In this document: positions 61,650-64,000 of the stretch, piece by piece | Layout of the letters: every line of letters starts with the position of its first letter | Numbering within the stretch: position 1 is the stretch's first letter | Source: Thalia democratica | Lineage: Eukaryota | Assembly (NCBI GenBank): GCA_965202585.1 | Contig: OZ241826.1 | Coordinates: 93,992,001 to 94,056,000 of the forward strand | Direction: 5' to 3' | Length of the DNA stretch: 64,000 nt | Notes under the pieces: model-generated | Databases searched by the model: none | What the model was told of the DNA's origin: nothing | The model's input: only the letters and a program-made list of their open reading frames with translations | Translations under genes and position numbers: made by a program

Positions 61650-64000
61650 TTAATTTAAAGCATTTTAAACCGGTTTTTAAATTGAAGACTGTATTTTTTT
61701 TGATTATACAATTTTAAAACACATGAAATCTAGCTATTGTAACTTACGAAACTTTGTTAAAGCATTTTTGACATATTTTAGTCTTTATAAATATATAAAA
61801 CATTTCGTATACGAATTGAAATGGATCATATACTAAAAATTAGTTGTGGCAGCAATTTATTTTAAATTCTACTAAACAGAGATAACAACCTTTATAAATA
61901 GCACCTTTAAATAGCACATAAACAGATTTAAACACATTTCAAACTAAACTTAACTAAAACAACTAGTTAAAAAATTAATTTGATAGTAATACGTCGATTA
62001 ACTGAATGCTTCTTAAAATGCAACAATTGTTAAATTATCGAATTTTTAAACTTTTTTAATACAGTAAAATTATCGACCGTTTGTTTTTCATATTAACATT
62101 TTGCACTGTTTGTTAAATTTTTTAAAACTACTGTTTCCGATTTGAAACATTTTGGATTTTTTAATTAGTAGTGATATAGATCGAAGACACTAGAAACCGG
62201 ATTCTTCCATTAAACAGGGTGTCTAGTATTTTATTAGGTTACGTTTAAATTTAGTTATTTAGCTAGAGATGTTTTTGTTAAATTTATTATAAAATTGTTG
62301 GGACAGTAATCACTTCAAAATCTTCTACAAACTTTTTGTTTTAATGTTTTTTCCTAGGACAAAAGACAAAGGATTTCAAATAATACCGAAATTAGTTGGT
62401 TACTAATTGTTAAATTTTTATTCAGTGAAATTAGATAAATATAACAAATTTATTATGTTGTTCAGGCTAGTAAGCTTCTAAAATATATAAGTTTTAATGA
62501 GGAATTACAAACAATAAAAATAAATTTTTCTGAAAACAATTGTTAAATTTTTTTAGAACTTTTAATTACCTAAACAATTTTATTAGTTTTACTGCAATTT
62601 GTTGGTAATCATTTCGTTATGTTATCAAACTTGTTATAGTTTTTTAGAACTTTTTATTACAAAAAAACTTTTTTATTAGTTTTCATTTTACTTTTTGGTA
62701 ATTATTTTATTTCTGACAAGCAGTAAAAGTTTTATTTATTGTGTTCTTAATTAAAATTTATTTAATCACAAATATATTTAAAATAAGTTAGTGTTTTGTT
62801 TGTTAAGTACCTTTTTGAGTTTATCCTATCTTGTAAATTATTAGCATAGGAGGCAAATAGTCTAGCAATCAATATTATCAATTTTCTTAATATAAAATAG
62901 TAAAAAATTGTGTTTATATCATTTTATTAACTCATTTTTTGAACTTTAAATAAATAACTTAGATAAAAACTCCTACATCATTATATATTTTAAAGTTTAT
63001 CGAACAAAATCTTTAAATCTTTTGATTTTACAATTATGTTTTTATCTGACAAAAAATAAAGAACAAACGAGCGAAAATAATAAACTGAAATAAATGTTTT
63101 CAGATTTTATTGATATGTGTTTATATTTAAATGAAGTTTGAGATCAATACGAGAAGCCATATTAAAATTGTTGATATAGAAAATTTTGAAAATATATTTT
63201 ATCATATATATAGAAAGTGATTGATGTGAAAAATAAAATTTAATACCATTTGAAAAATGTTTTTAACTGTTTCTAGTACATAGAAGTTTTTAAACAAACA
63301 TTAGAATAGTTATCATTTTTAGGTTTTGTTTATTTTTCTGAACTTATTTTAAAAAAAGAACTCACAATTAAAGCTGTTTACTCTTAAGTTAAAATTAAAT
63401 ATTTTTAGTCTTAAATTCTTTAATTTTTGAAAGAGTTTATTTTAAGATAATAAATTTATCATTGATACTCATGAAATTACCAAAACAAAATACTGCCATA
63501 GATTTTAAACGATCAAGCTTATGATATAAAAAAGTTAATATATTCTATTAATATTTTAACAACTATCTAAAAAAGACATTTATTAGATAAAACGTACATT
63601 TTTTTTTTCTTTTATTTTTTAAATAATAAAGTAAAATATAGATGAGGTACATTTATTTTTTGCTTAAATAAAATTTCAGAAATAATTTATATTTTGATTA
63701 TATTTTAAGGTGTAAGTTTTTCAGATACGTTATTATCTGAAATTAACTTTTTTATACGTTATGTTGTTGTTTTCATACTTTGACAAGTTTAGTCATTTTA
63801 GTCATTTCACGATAAAAACTTTAAACTACAAATGTCAATACTTTTTTTATTTTCTTAAATACCTCACAGTGTGTTTTAATTAAAAGAAAACGATAAATGC
63901 ATCAAAATATTTTTCATTTAAAGAAGCACCACCCCTTATTTGTTCTTTCTTTTAAAATATTCTTGCATAAGAAGAGTGTAGAAATCAGTTTTAATAAAAT

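Noticed and set aside
62400-62720. Degenerate tandem repeat of about 90 bp
   Set aside because: Low-complexity AT-rich sequence with only short exact matches; no functional inference possible.

Overview
Very AT-rich (about 75% by eye) eukaryotic genomic DNA, most consistent with a hydrozoan such as Hydra. That assignment is an inference from composition, the expanded Kelch family and the repeat types. No rRNA, tRNA or CRISPR was seen. (1) Positions 1-4750 are the 3' half of an LTR retrotransposon: integrase tail, an intact env encoding a class III (gB/G-type) fusion glycoprotein, an extra small Arg/Ser-rich tail-anchored ORF, and a candidate 3' LTR. A 2.8-kb non-autonomous LTR element at 31.6-34.4 kb shares its U3/TATA motifs. 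(2) The rest is a cluster of small genes with uninterrupted CDSs: two 126-aa orphan paralogs (30 replacement vs 4 silent codon differences), two intact and one broken 14-3-3-like genes that have lost the phosphopeptide-binding triad, a BTB-truncated BACK-Kelch gene plus a Kelch pseudogene, and 152-aa and 120-aa orphans. The order orphan126 > Kelch > 14-3-3-like occurs twice, partly through segmental duplication. (3) Many DNA-transposon relics are present: a hAT/Buster with 8-bp TSD, a Kolobok-like MITE, foldback elements with 32-bp arrays, and TTTGCACG-array MITEs. All homology calls were made by eye and need profile or structure searches.
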